Shown here piece by piece: positions 1 through 10,045 of a stretch of DNA of 17,070 nucleotides; the stretch's first letter is position 1, and each line of letters begins with the position of its first letter. The stretch covers positions 1 through 17,070 of the forward strand of contig NIVC01005251.1 in assembly GCA_002269645.1 (NCBI GenBank). Direction: 5' to 3'. The notes below the pieces were generated by a model. That model saw only the letters and a program-made list of their open reading frames with translations, had not been told where the DNA came from and made no database searches. A program made the position numbers and the translations under genes. This DNA is from Macrostomum lignano. Taxonomy: Eukaryota.

Positions 1-1660
1 CTAGTCTAGTTCTAATCTAGTCTAGTTCTAATCTAGTCTAGTTTTTAATCTAGTCTAGTTCTAATCTAGTCTAGTTCTAATCTAGTCTAGTTCTAATCTA
101 GTCTAGTTCTAATCTAGTCTAGTTCTAATCTAGTCTAGTTGTTAATCTAGTCTAGTTGTTAATCTAGTCTAGTTGTTAATCTAGTCTAGTTCGAATCTAG
201 TCTAGTTTTTTATCTAGTCTAGTTTTTAATCTAGTCTAGTTGTTAATCTACTCTAGTTTTTTATCTAGTCTAGTTCTAATCTAGTCTAGTTCTAATCTAG
301 TCTAGTTCTAATCTAGTCTAGTTCTAATCTGCTCTAGTTTTTTTATCTAGTCTAGTTCTAATCTAGTCTAGTTCTAATCTAGTCTAGTTCTAATCTAGTC
401 TAGTTCTAATCTAGTCTAGTTCGAATCTAGTCTAGTTGTTAATCTAGTCTAGTTCTAATCTAGCCTAGTTCTAATCTAGTCTAGTTCGAATCTAGTCTAG
501 TTCTAATCTAGTCTAGTTCTAATCTAGTCTAGTTCTAATCTAGTCTAGTTCTAATCTAGTCTAGTTCTAATCTAGTCTAGTTCTAATCTAGTCTAGTTGT
601 TAATCTAGTCTAGTTGTTAATATAGTCTAGTTCTAATCTAGTCTAGTTTTTAATCTAGTCTAGTTCTAATCTAGTCTAGTTCTAATCTAGTCTAGTTCTA
701 ATCTAGTCTAGTTCGAATCTAGTCTAGTTGTTAATCTAGTCTAGTTCTAATCTAGTCTAGTTCTAATCTAGTCTAGTTCGAATCTAGTCTAGTTGTTAAT
801 CTAGTCTAGTTCTAATCTAGTCTAGTTCTAATCTAGTCTAGTTCTAATCTAGTCTAGTTCTAATCTAGTCTAGTTCTAATCTAGTCTAGTTCTAATCTAG
901 TCTAGTTCTAATCTAGTCTAGTTCTAATCTAGTCTAGTTCTAATCTAGTCTAGTTCTAATCTAGTCTAGTTCTAATCTAGTCTAGTTCGAATCTAGTCTA
1001 GTTCTAATCTAGTCTAGTTTTTTATCTAGTCTAGTTCTAATCTAGTCTAGTTCTAATCTACTCTAGTTTTTAATCTAGTCTAGTTCTAATCTAGTCTAGT
1101 TCTAATCTAGTCTAGTTCTAATCTAGTCTAGTTCGAATCTAGTCTAGTTGTTAATCTAGTCTAGTTCTAATCTAGTCTAGTTCTAATCTAGTCTAGTTCG
1201 AATCTAGTCTAGTTGTTAATCTAGTCTAGTTCTAATCTAGTCTAGTTCTAATCTAGTCTAGTTCTAATCTAGTCTAGTTCTAATCTAGTCTAGTTCTAAT
1301 CTAGTCTAGTTCTAATCTAGTCTAGTTCTAATCTAGTCTAGTTCGAATCTAGTCTAGTTCTAATCTAGTCTAGTTTTTTTATCTAGTCTAGTTCTAATCT
1401 AGTCTAGTTCTAAATCTACTCTAGTTTTTAATCTAGTCTAGTTTTTAATCTACTCTAGTTTTTAATCTAGTCTAGTTTTTAATCTACTCTAGTTTTTAAT
1501 CTAGTCTAGTTTTTAATCTAGTCTAGTTCGAATCTAGTCTACTCGTAGTTGTTAATCTAGTCTAGTTGTTACTCTAGTCTAGTTTTTAATCTAGTCTAGT
1601 TTTTAATCTAGTCTAGTTTACGTCGTCTAGTCTAGCCTAGCCTAGTTCTAATCTAGTCCA
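1..1660. repeat. 16-bp minisatellite, consensus CTAGTCTAGTTCTAAT (about 100 units), runs off the left edge
   Basis: Directly visible tandem units with variants ending TTCGAAT, TTGTTAAT, TTTTTAAT; most divergent at the right edge (1400-1660). Confidence 0.98.
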
Positions 1661-1699
1661 GCATTGTCTATAGACTGGAGTTGACTTAGAATTCCGACA

Positions 1700-1901
1700 G
1701 GAAAAACCCTGTGAGAAAAACCTCGGCGGGAAACCTCGCTGTGGGAAATCTCGGCGGGAAACCTCGCTGTGGGAAAAGCTCGCGCGGGCAAATCTCGGCG
1801 GGAAACCTCGCTGTGGGAAAATCTCCTGTGGGAAAACCTCGCCGCGGGAAAAGCTCGCGCGGGCAAACCTCGACGGGAAAACTTGCGGTGGGAAAATCTC
1901 G
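1700..1901. repeat. Degenerate GC-rich tandem array of 14 units of 13-16 bp, GGGAAA(A)CCTCG(GC/CTGT)
   Basis: Units counted by hand, e.g. GGGAAACCTCGCTGT x3, GGGAAAAGCTCGCGC x2, GGGAAATCTCGGC. Confidence 0.93.
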
Positions 1902-2018
1902 TGCTCCCTTTATATTTCAGTAGCTGCAATGTAGTGCAAGTTTCATTTTCATATTGTTTTTTTCCCATCTCCGCAGTGTATTTTTTCAGGAAATAGGCCT
2001 TAAAATTTGCACGACCTG

Positions 2019-2902
2019 TTATGCTACAGAGGTCCTTGGCCTGACGATGAGCAATCCAGAGCAGCTAGTACTATTGCGGAATACGTCGCTCAAAATGTCA
2101 CAATTTCGAACATCTAAAAGTTTATGCTTGTAAAGTTTTGCTGCAGCGCAAATTTGACAACACAAACTGTCAGCTGACCTGAAACTGCGGACAGCTGCTT
2201 CTTCAGCTTCAGCTTGTCATTCTCCAGCTGCTTAACCTGTCGCTCAGCTTTTGTGAGCTCCTTTTGTAGTTCGAGAATTTTGCCCTGGAAAAAGATTTAA
2301 GATTTCATTTTTGTTACTTTTTGACATTCAGGCACTGTTAAAAATGGTACATAACTGGAGGTTCCCAAAATGTGAGAGAAGCGTGCTTTTACCACTAACT
2401 TACTGGTATGCACGAATAAGAAAAGAACTGATCAGTTGCGGCATCAAAGCCTCTAGCAGCTCACATTCTGAGCAGTGATCATCTGCACATGATCTGCTCC
2501 TTTTTTCAACTCCTTCTCGTACAGAATCCTGGCCTGCTGCTGCATCGTCAGCAGCTTCTCGACCACCTCGCTCTCGGAGGCTCGCTTGCCGCGCCGACCT
2601 CCGCCGAGGTGCCCACCGTCCAGATCGCAAGGCTCAGTCTGAGTCATTGAGCTGTAGAAGGCCGTGCAAAAGGCGATACATGTAGTTTTGCTTTTTCTCA
2701 GGAGTTGAATTAAGACTTTGCACTAAATTATTGGCCGCAATACCAGCGAAACTATCTCTTACGTTCTTTTCCGCACATGCCCTTCGAGAATGTCTTCAAT
2801 GCGCTGTCGCTCTCGAAACCCGGCCAACTCGCGCTCAAGCTCAGTCCGCTCCACCCTGAGTTGTTGAATGCGCTTTTTTAGTCGCTCATTCTCCTCGTGG
2901 AG
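2019..2902 (-). CDS. Spliced coiled-coil protein, last four exons (2902-2763, 2651-2465, 2284-2179, 2113-2019; 175 aa), 5' exon(s) not found
   Basis: Three GT-AG introns (111, 180, 65 nt) with matching phases (2, 0, 1) give one stop-free frame LHEENERLKKRIQQLRVER...KILELQKELTKAERQVKQLENDKLKLKKQL...RPRTSVA-TAA; GC-rich exons, AT-rich introns; heptad-like L/E/K/Q composition. Confidence 0.8.
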
Positions 2903-4039
2903 CTGAAGTAAATATTATTCTTGTTCTATTAAACTTCATGAAGGTAAAAAATTAAAAGAAAGACTACGATATTTTCGTTCAAGGGTTTTTTACTTTTGAA
3001 AAAATACACTATTGCTGAATGAGTTTACGGTTTAGTTGACTAAATCTTCTAATGGCACGGCAGGTTGCAAAAACTGTTCAATCCAAAAAGACACAATAGC
3101 ACATTAGCAATAAGGTAAGCAGGCTGCATAAGTTGTGAAAAGTATAAGGGTAGCATACCCGAGTACAGTCATGAATTCCAACCAAAGCCATGACTTCCAA
3201 TTTTCAGAAAGAATGGAGCTTTCGTTATGGATGGAAACTTCAGCGATAGTTTACTTGCTTTAAAGTTATTATAAAGAAGCAAAATATAGTCAAGTCAAAT
3301 TCAAATAATTTAATGTGGAGCTCAACTCAAGATTCGGATGACAAAAATCTTGTGAAAAAAATGACATTAAAATATGCGCAAAGTTTATAACAGACATACA
3401 AGAACCACGACAAAAATAACTCTACGACCTGCTTTTAAACCTACACTTTATAATAAATAAATGCACCAAAAAAAGCGTGTTTCCAGCAAAGTCCTATTAT
3501 AATTTGTTTATAATTAATACAGTTCTAAGAAAAAGTTGGCCCTTTAGTTCTAAATCCATTTATGGAAACCCGTGAATTAAACCGTAGGACTGGCCACTAT
3601 CGATGGTATTAGTCATTAATAAAACCTAAAGGATTTAATTATATCAGAAGATATGCCCAAAAGAGGTTGGTAGCATGTATGAAATTATTCAACCGCTAGA
3701 TAATTAAACCAATAAAATTGCAGTTGTTCGTATTGTATTGTTATTGTATATGTTAATGTCATTGTTATTTAGTAATATAATATGACAAATAAATTTAGTT
3801 AGGCCCCTACTAGGCCTAGAACTGCTGTAGAACTCAAATCCCAATGAAAAAAATAGGTCTGTTACTGTTAGTAATAGGCCTACAAAGCCAACCTAAATTT
3901 TTACTAAGCCAACAGTCAATGTCAAGCAATACTTAGCCTAACCCTAATGTTCCATTTATGATTGGGCCTAGCCTCACATGTCGATGTCTGATGTCAATTC
4001 AATAGCAATTACATCAATAGGCCCTATTTATTGCTTTTT

Positions 4040-4070
4040 GACACATTTCAACTAAATTTAGTCATCATTG
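4040..4070 (-). ncRNA. Probable decayed minimal hammerhead ribozyme of the Penelope remnant
   Basis: Minus strand CAATGATGACTAAATTTAGTTGAAATGTGTC. Reverting two TG to CG gives TGATGA, helix II GAC-TAAATTTA-GTC, GAAA, CGT-GTC. It lies just 3' of the GIY-YIG remnant. The first core C is not conserved and helix I is weak. Confidence 0.4.
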
Positions 4071-4099
4071 TGGCAAACTACTTATTTGCATATAATTTG

Positions 4100-4725
4100 C
4101 AATTGATTAGGCCTATGCCTATTGAGATTTGAGATTAGGCCTAGGTTTGTGTTTTTATGTATAGGCCTATCTATTCTAGTATTCTTAATCTAATTCTAAA
4201 GTAGCCTAAGAAAGACTAGCAGTGATAAAAAATCTTATAGTCTATTTGTTTACTGTCACAACACTTTGTCTTTGCAAACTAACAAATGGTCTTAAATAGC
4301 AGATCATTTTATGCCTAATCAATGCTCGTTTATCCTAGACAGACCTAGTATGTAGGTATCTCTGTTTTTTTCAATGTAAGTAATGTTCTGTTCAATGCAA
4401 CAATGTAAATTTATAAATATAAATAAGACCTATAGATAAGGTATGTTAGATATTTGATTTAAATCTATTAATGTATTGGCCAATTTAATAGAACAAAATG
4501 AAAACTTTAGTCCTAATGTTATACCATTTATAAAAGGTTTTTAAGACATTAAAAGAATTACTATAAAATAGGACCTAGCAAAACCATAATTAGATGATTA
4601 AGATTATATTGATTTTGTTAACAACTTTGTTAGTGACAAAACTATTCATTTTTTGCTAATACTTTTGGACTTGGGATATTCATTTGTATTGATTTTTATG
4701 GTCTTAACCTTCTTATTGAATATAG
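4100..4725 (-). pseudogene. Decayed Penelope-like element: C-terminal RT linker and GIY-YIG endonuclease remnant
   Basis: Hand translation across stops and frameshifts recovers, in order: NEYP (NGYP-like), IYKFT, YI(E)K..RYLHTR, INEH, SAI*DHLLVC, YKI, LRILE..LYIK, PNLKSQ. This is the motif order recalled for Penelope GIY-YIG domains. Confidence 0.75.
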
Positions 4726-4726
4726 T

Positions 4727-5058
4727 AAGGTAGGGGCAAAGAAGAAATTTAGAGGTGGTCAGTTTTGCTAACACTAATGATGGCTTTAAACTTTGAATTC
4801 GCGCTAGAATTGCATTTGCATAAAAAAATCTAGAAAATTGAGCAGTTGAATCACAACAAAATTTTCTCCTCTTTTACTCCAGCTGCTGGGGTCCTAAAAT
4901 TCCTGGGGAGGATAGTTGCAGTTATAGGCAAGCAGTCATTTAGTAGCATGGTTGTTCGATTAATAGAAACATGACACCAAAGAATTGACACCATAGTTAA
5001 TGTATGTCAATTTGTTAAGCTGATTACTATCAGTAGAGTAGAGTTGCCACCACCATAA
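4727..5058. repeat. Dispersed repeat, old CpG-depleted copy (homologous to 16730-17070)
   Basis: 5031-5058 matches 17043-17070 at 26/28; by-eye alignment extends about 300 bp leftwards with many CG to TG/CA/TA differences. Confidence 0.85.
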
Positions 5059-5404
5059 TTTTTGTATTATGGAACAAATGAGTCCCAAAGCTTTTTTGAG
5101 ATAAGAACTGTTTGGTTGTTTTATGCCCCATAGGCAAATAATTCAAGATAGGGTATGGCTTGTTGGTCAACAAATAAATGCTTGGTATATCTTATTATTA
5201 TTAAAATTATTACTGAGCAATCAAAGATAATGGGATAAATATTAGCAGGTTAGTTTAATTGATTTTACCCAACTTTTGACACTAATTTATTAAGTTTAGC
5301 TTGTAGCCAATTTTGTTTGATAAGCAACAGTTAGCCTTTGTGTCTTGGCACCTGTGAATTAATATCTTTTGTATAATTTTAGCAGTTAGCAAGTACTAAA
5401 GCAC

Positions 5405-5411
5405 GAGAGAA

Positions 5412-5488
<77 letters not shown>
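5405..5488. repeat. (GA)n microsatellite followed by a purine-rich tail to about 5528
   Basis: Directly visible. Confidence 0.98.
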
Positions 5489-5493
<5 letters not shown>

Positions 5494-7615
5494 CAGGAAA
5501 AGAAAAAGAGAGAGAGGAGAAAGAGAGCCAAAAATAGTAGATTAAATAGCATGAACCCAGTGGGGATTTTCTGTGCGCCCCAATGTTCGCCAGATCCTAC
5601 GCCCAGCAGTTGGGCACCTTGCGCCTGGGCGCATTCTGTGTCCAACCGCCACGATGGCGCCCCGGATAGCGCCAGGCGCTTTCTAGAAAAAAAATGAAGA
5701 TAAATTCCCTTTACTCTACTATAAGTAGGGTGTGCCGTATGTTGTTCGTCATTCGCGTTTAAATATTTTATGCTGTAGAAATTCCCACCAGCAGCTCGCC
5801 ATCCTGCTCCATTCCCCACCCATGCACTTCAAGTTAGTATATACTCGTACAAATTAAGCGTCCATCCTTTCAATATATGAATTTCATATCAAAGATAGAC
5901 AAAAATATAAACTATTTCTTAGCTTCCAATCTCTGTGTAGATATAAATTTAGCTTCATATTTATTGGTCTGAATTAGTTTGCTGATGAATTCATGTAAAT
6001 TATCATTAAAAACATTATCGTATAACATACATAGTATGCACTGCAATGCAAATGCAAGATAGCAACCGAAATGATTTGATAAATAGTATAATGTTGTTGC
6101 TGTACAAATTTCAAAATTTCAATGGAAATAAAAATAAGCAAAAAAATAGTCGAACAAATATAGAGATATTTACATAAAGGAAGAGAATGCTGGCTTTTAA
6201 AGACCACTAAATTCGTTCATAATGTCCAAAGCCTTGTCATCCGACAACTCCATCAGTTCATATTCACTTCGGTGAGGTCGGTGCAAAGAAAGTCTTTTTT
6301 GCGGCGGACAACTGGCGAGCTGTGAGCCAGGTCTCTTCGGCTGTGTGTGTGAAGCGGAGCCAACTGGCGAACTTGTGTTGGCTAGCATCACTGAAGCCGT
6401 CGGAGAGGCAGACGCCGCGACAGCCATCAAGCAATTAGCAGCCGGCGAATTCGTCTTGCTTAGCAGACGCAGGCGGCTGATGGATGAACTTCCGACATTT
6501 GAACTGGAAGCAGTCGCAGATGCAGAGGGACCGTCAGTTGGATTGTCGGACTGCCGTCAATGGGACTTCTTTGACAATCAGTCAACGCCTCGATGCAGAA
6601 TCTTGCGGCAGGCATTGCTCACGAAAAGCAGTGTCAAAGTGCCTGCCTCCATCGAGACGCCGTAAATGCTCGTGGCAACATCTGAGTGATTTTTATGTGA
6701 AAGAATAACTTGAACAAGTTGTTGCTACTGCTAATAGTAGACTATTTCGGTTAGGATTTCCTACACGTCAAACTTTGGCGAAATTCAGTATTTTTTAATA
6801 TTGTTCATTCAATAAATCCTAGCTGAGTACCTGATTTAATTACACTAAATAAAACTATTTTGAAGAAATTCAATAACAAAAGTAACAGAATTCGGGCCGC
6901 TTCTTACCTTGAACATGTTGCAGCATAACGAACTTGAACCCAAGGGCTGAGTCGGACAGCTCAGTCAGCACGCCAGCCTCCCTGCACTTAGCCCGCAGGC
7001 CTTGTCCGCTGAAATTGACTGCAGCCTGCATCTCCGCAGTCGCATCGTATCGTATCGTATCTGCGGCAGTCCTCATTTTTCGGCTCGGCAGCACTTTTTT
7101 CTGTTGGTTTTGAGTGGTTGATTTCTGATGAAGTACGAAACGGAATTAAAATTTATTACTTTATAAGTAATGTACTCACCAACTCTAACGTCCACTCTGC
7201 AGGCGCATTCTGAGCGTACTGAACATATGCTTCCCATGAAGCGATGGGCCAGAACTTTATTTCCTCTTCTGTTGGCTGCTGGCCCCGGGTTATAGTCAGC
7301 CGCAGCAGCTGCAGCTCTTCTTTGACAGTGGACAGCTCGGCTAAACATCGGTTCTGCCGGGCTTCCATCTGTTGGAACTTCAGGGCAGTCTCGCGAAGGA
7401 CTGACAGAGCAACAAACAAGATGCCGCGATTGCTTTCCAGTGGAAAATCTAGTAGGGACTGAATTTGCTGTTCAAGGCCTTTGACGGCCTTACCAGAGAA
7501 GCGCCCAAAGTTCACTGGCGCCGCCGCAGCCGTGCCATCTTGAGCTGCCGCTGCTGCTTCCGCTTCCGCTGCCATTTCCGCTTCCACTTCTGCTGCTGCT
7601 TTCGCTACTGCTGCT

Positions 7616-8806
7616 TCTTCTTCTTCTTCTTCAGGGCTCGTCTGGGTCGGGGTTAGCCGAAATGGACGGGGGCATGCGCCCCATGCTACGCAGGAGGCCG
7701 AAAAGGGCGGTTGGGGACTCCAACAAGTCCTCGGCCGCGCGGATGCCGTGCAGGGCGCGGTAGCGGTCCCCGCGAGGGCAGGCGAGCAGGATGTGCCTGA
7801 CTGTGTCGAGTTCGCCGCAGTCAGGGCAGTTGGCTGTCTCGGTGAGGCCCATCTGATGGAGTGAGCTGTTGTTGATGGTGCTGGCTCCGGCTTGCAGCTG
7901 ATTGAGGAGGACTTGGCGCTGCCGGGTCATGGTGGCGGGTGGCTGCTTAAAGGCGCCCACGACCGCAAGATCGAGGGACCTGCGGCTGCGCCGGGCGGCG
8001 GCTTTGGCGGTGCTGAGTGGAAGCTCGACGTGGCGTTGGTCTAGTTGGGCGGCACGGGAAGCCGCCTGATCCGCCGCCTCGTTGCCGGCGATTCCGCAAT
8101 GTGCGGGGACCCAGGCGAAGGAGGGGGGGCGACCGTCGGCCTTCAGGCTCATGATCGAGTCCCAGCAAGCTGCTGCAGTCGGATCGGTCTGGTCGATGGG
8201 ACCGGCGAGCAGGGCGGTGAGGGTGCTGAGGCTGTCGGTGGCAATCCAGTGCGGCTCGGCAGCGCGGTCAGCTTGCAGGTATTTGAGCGCCTCGTGGATG
8301 GCAACGAGTTCGGCGGTGTAACTGCTGCAGAGGGCGCCTGCGGCGGCCGGAAGTTCGACGTTGTTGTTCTCGTTGCGCACAATGATAGCGGCCCCGCCAC
8401 CATTCTTTTAGCCTTCCGTTACGGAACCGTCGGTCCAGATCGTGTTGGACTCGCAGAGAGTCGCGATGATGTCAGTCGCGTGGTGGGCTCTGATGTCTGG
8501 CGGCATGTCGCGGTGGGTCCTGAGGCTGGCTCGAAGGTCGAAGATGATGTCGCTGGCGCCGGTGGTTCTCCAGGGCTCAACGCCGAGAGGCGGCAGGGCG
8601 CGTGGGAACTGGTCCAGGGCGGCGGCGCACTCAAGCTCGAAGGCGGCGCGGCGCCAGCAGCCACGGTGCGGGCGAAGGGCGTCTTTCTGGCATCCAGGTT
8701 GGTTGACGGCGGGCGTGGCATCCGGGCTGTTGCGGGTTTGGCGCTGCAGGGCTTCGTAACTGCGGTTCTTGAGGTGTGGTCGTGTGACACATTCGGTAGT
8801 TTCGCG
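7616..8806 (-). mobile_element. 5'-truncated non-LTR retrotransposon (I group, Ingi-like), 1191 bp, (GAA)n tail
   Basis: RNase H plus C-terminal CCHC knuckle ORF; stop TGA (7631-7633) followed directly by (AGA)5 tail; flanked by a 12-bp TSD. Confidence 0.9.
7631..8806 (-). pseudogene. LINE ORF C-terminus: linker, RNase H, CCHC zinc knuckle; one nonsense TAA at 8408-8410
   Basis: One frame from 8806: ...CWRRAAF...EPW...IWTDGSVTEG*KNGGGAAII...SSYTAELVAI...IATDSLS...WVPAHCGIAGNEAADQAA...CPDCGELDTVRHILLACP; the RNase H acidic residues are present. Confidence 0.92.
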
Positions 8807-9710
8807 GCTACTGCTGCTGCTGCAGCCGCTGCAATGGCTGCCGCCTTAGCTGCCGCCAATTTTGCGAGCGCTGCTCCTGCTACTGATGCATTGTTAGCAG
8901 GTTTCGGGATGGTGGATGCAGCTGGTGATGTTGCAGCAGCTGGCAGTGGACAAAGTTTTGCTACCGTCTCAGGCATAGCTTGGTCAGGTAGCTGCAACGG
9001 AAGCAACTGTACGGCTGCTTCTTTCCGACCATTGAAGAAGTGATCCATGTCGAAAGCGGAACCGAAGGACATGTCCTGTTAATTTAGATAAAATTAGAGA
9101 ATAAAGTGCACTAGCTTTTCAGTCTGCAGACTGCAACACAGCACTGCAATATCTTTAACTTCTTGTCTCTGAGAGGGAGAGCTGAAGAGGGTCAGAGTGA
9201 GGGAGGTTTACAAATTAAGAAAAAATGTATTAACTCACTGCACATTGAAAGCTATGTCATGCTTGTTGCATGTCATCAGCCGAGAATATTCTTGGTCTAA
9301 TATGGCGGATGACTTCGGCGATTGTCCGCTTTCTGGACATGAGGTCTCGGGCAAAGCGTAGGCTCGGAGGCTCCAGATAGTTGTGCAGAATCACCTGTAA
9401 GTTTTTCATTTTAAAAAATAAATTTCTGACTGACTGCTGTCTGATAAGATGGAGATGATATGAGACAGATATCAACAAACTGTGATGAGGAGATGAAATT
9501 GAAAGTAAAAAAGCAACTGACCTGACGGACTTCAGCTGTGAAGAACTTTCCCTCGTACTTCGCTTCGCAGTGCCACCTCTCTTCACTGTCCTTCAAGAGT
9601 AGCAATTCGGCTACCAATAGATTTTTTAATACACAAGGAAGTAGCTGTACCTCTGCTTCTGTCACTTCAATAACCTGCCTGTCGGCTTCGAAAATTACTA
9701 GAAATTTCAT

Positions 9711-10045
9711 GAGGCAAATTTTGAAAAAATCTGATTATGGAAATATAAAATTTTAAACGCCTATTTGCGACTCAGTGAACAACATGAAAATCAAAGCTTA
9801 CTATTTGGTGGTGGAGTGGGACTGAAAATATATTTTGCTAGGGGGAGAATTGGGAAGCGAATTCTTCTGCCCTCTCATTGGTCGGTTGTGAATATTCCGC
9901 AACCAATGCCAATGAATAATTCTTGAGAGTTAGCTTGACCGTTAGATAGTTGTAGTTGATTTATAGTTGATTGCTTGATTGCATTTTTACTAAAGCCATA
10001 ATTTACTTTCACTTAATTTATCATTCGATTTTGGCCACATCATTG
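9711..10045. promoter_or_regulatory. Putative bidirectional promoter with four CCAAT boxes
   Basis: ATTGG at 9849 and 9877, CCAAT at 9903 and 9909, between the divergent ATGs at 9710 and 10046; function inferred. Confidence 0.5.

Larger units (their letters stand above)
7604..8818. repeat. 12-bp target-site duplication GCTACTGCTGCT at 7604-7615 and 8807-8818
   Basis: Identical 12-mers flank the LINE fragment exactly; the neighbouring bases differ. Confidence 0.92.
6197..9710 (-). pseudogene. Five-exon transposon accessory gene (DUF4806-like C-terminal region), disrupted; exons 9710-9522, 9394-9239, 9075-7180 (LINE inserted), 7124-6908, 6681-6197
   Basis: Four GT-AG introns (127, 163, 55, 226 nt) with consistent phases (0, 0, 0, 1). 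Removing the LINE and one TSD restores a single 580-codon frame with in-frame TGAs at 9257, 6578 and 6557. TAEMQAAVNFSGQG...K...ILHRGVD resembles recalled DUF4806 motifs (family call tentative). Confidence 0.8.

Noticed and set aside
1-1660. CRISPR-like or telomeric interpretation of the regular repeat
   Set aside because: No unique spacers; the unit is not a G-rich telomere motif; the context is eukaryotic repeat DNA.
1648-1996. Three overlapping ORFs of 70-106 aa
   Set aside because: Translations of the GGGAAA array; repetitive and open on both strands.
2950-3750. Short protein-like frames (e.g. SILSENWKSWLWLEF on the minus strand) as the missing first exon of the coiled-coil gene
   Set aside because: No donor in the required phase 0 with a convincing start, and no recognisable motif.
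5379-5819. 146-aa ORF with an LSLSLS run
   Set aside because: Read-through of the (GA)n microsatellite.
6345-6708. Plus-strand ORFs of 106 and 74 aa
   Set aside because: Antisense shadows of accessory-gene exon 5.
7124-7146. CTGATGAAGTACGAAACGG, a hammerhead-like core on the plus strand
   Set aside because: No helix III or cleavage triplet; it is the reverse complement of the pyrimidine tract and acceptor of the 55-nt intron.
8045-9043. Longest ORF in the track (332 aa, + strand)
   Set aside because: Crosses the LINE/host junction at 8806, so it cannot predate the insertion; an antisense shadow of GC-rich coding DNA.
8419-9072. 217-aa minus-strand ORF as a standalone gene
   Set aside because: A chimera of accessory exon 3 and an off-frame reading of the LINE.
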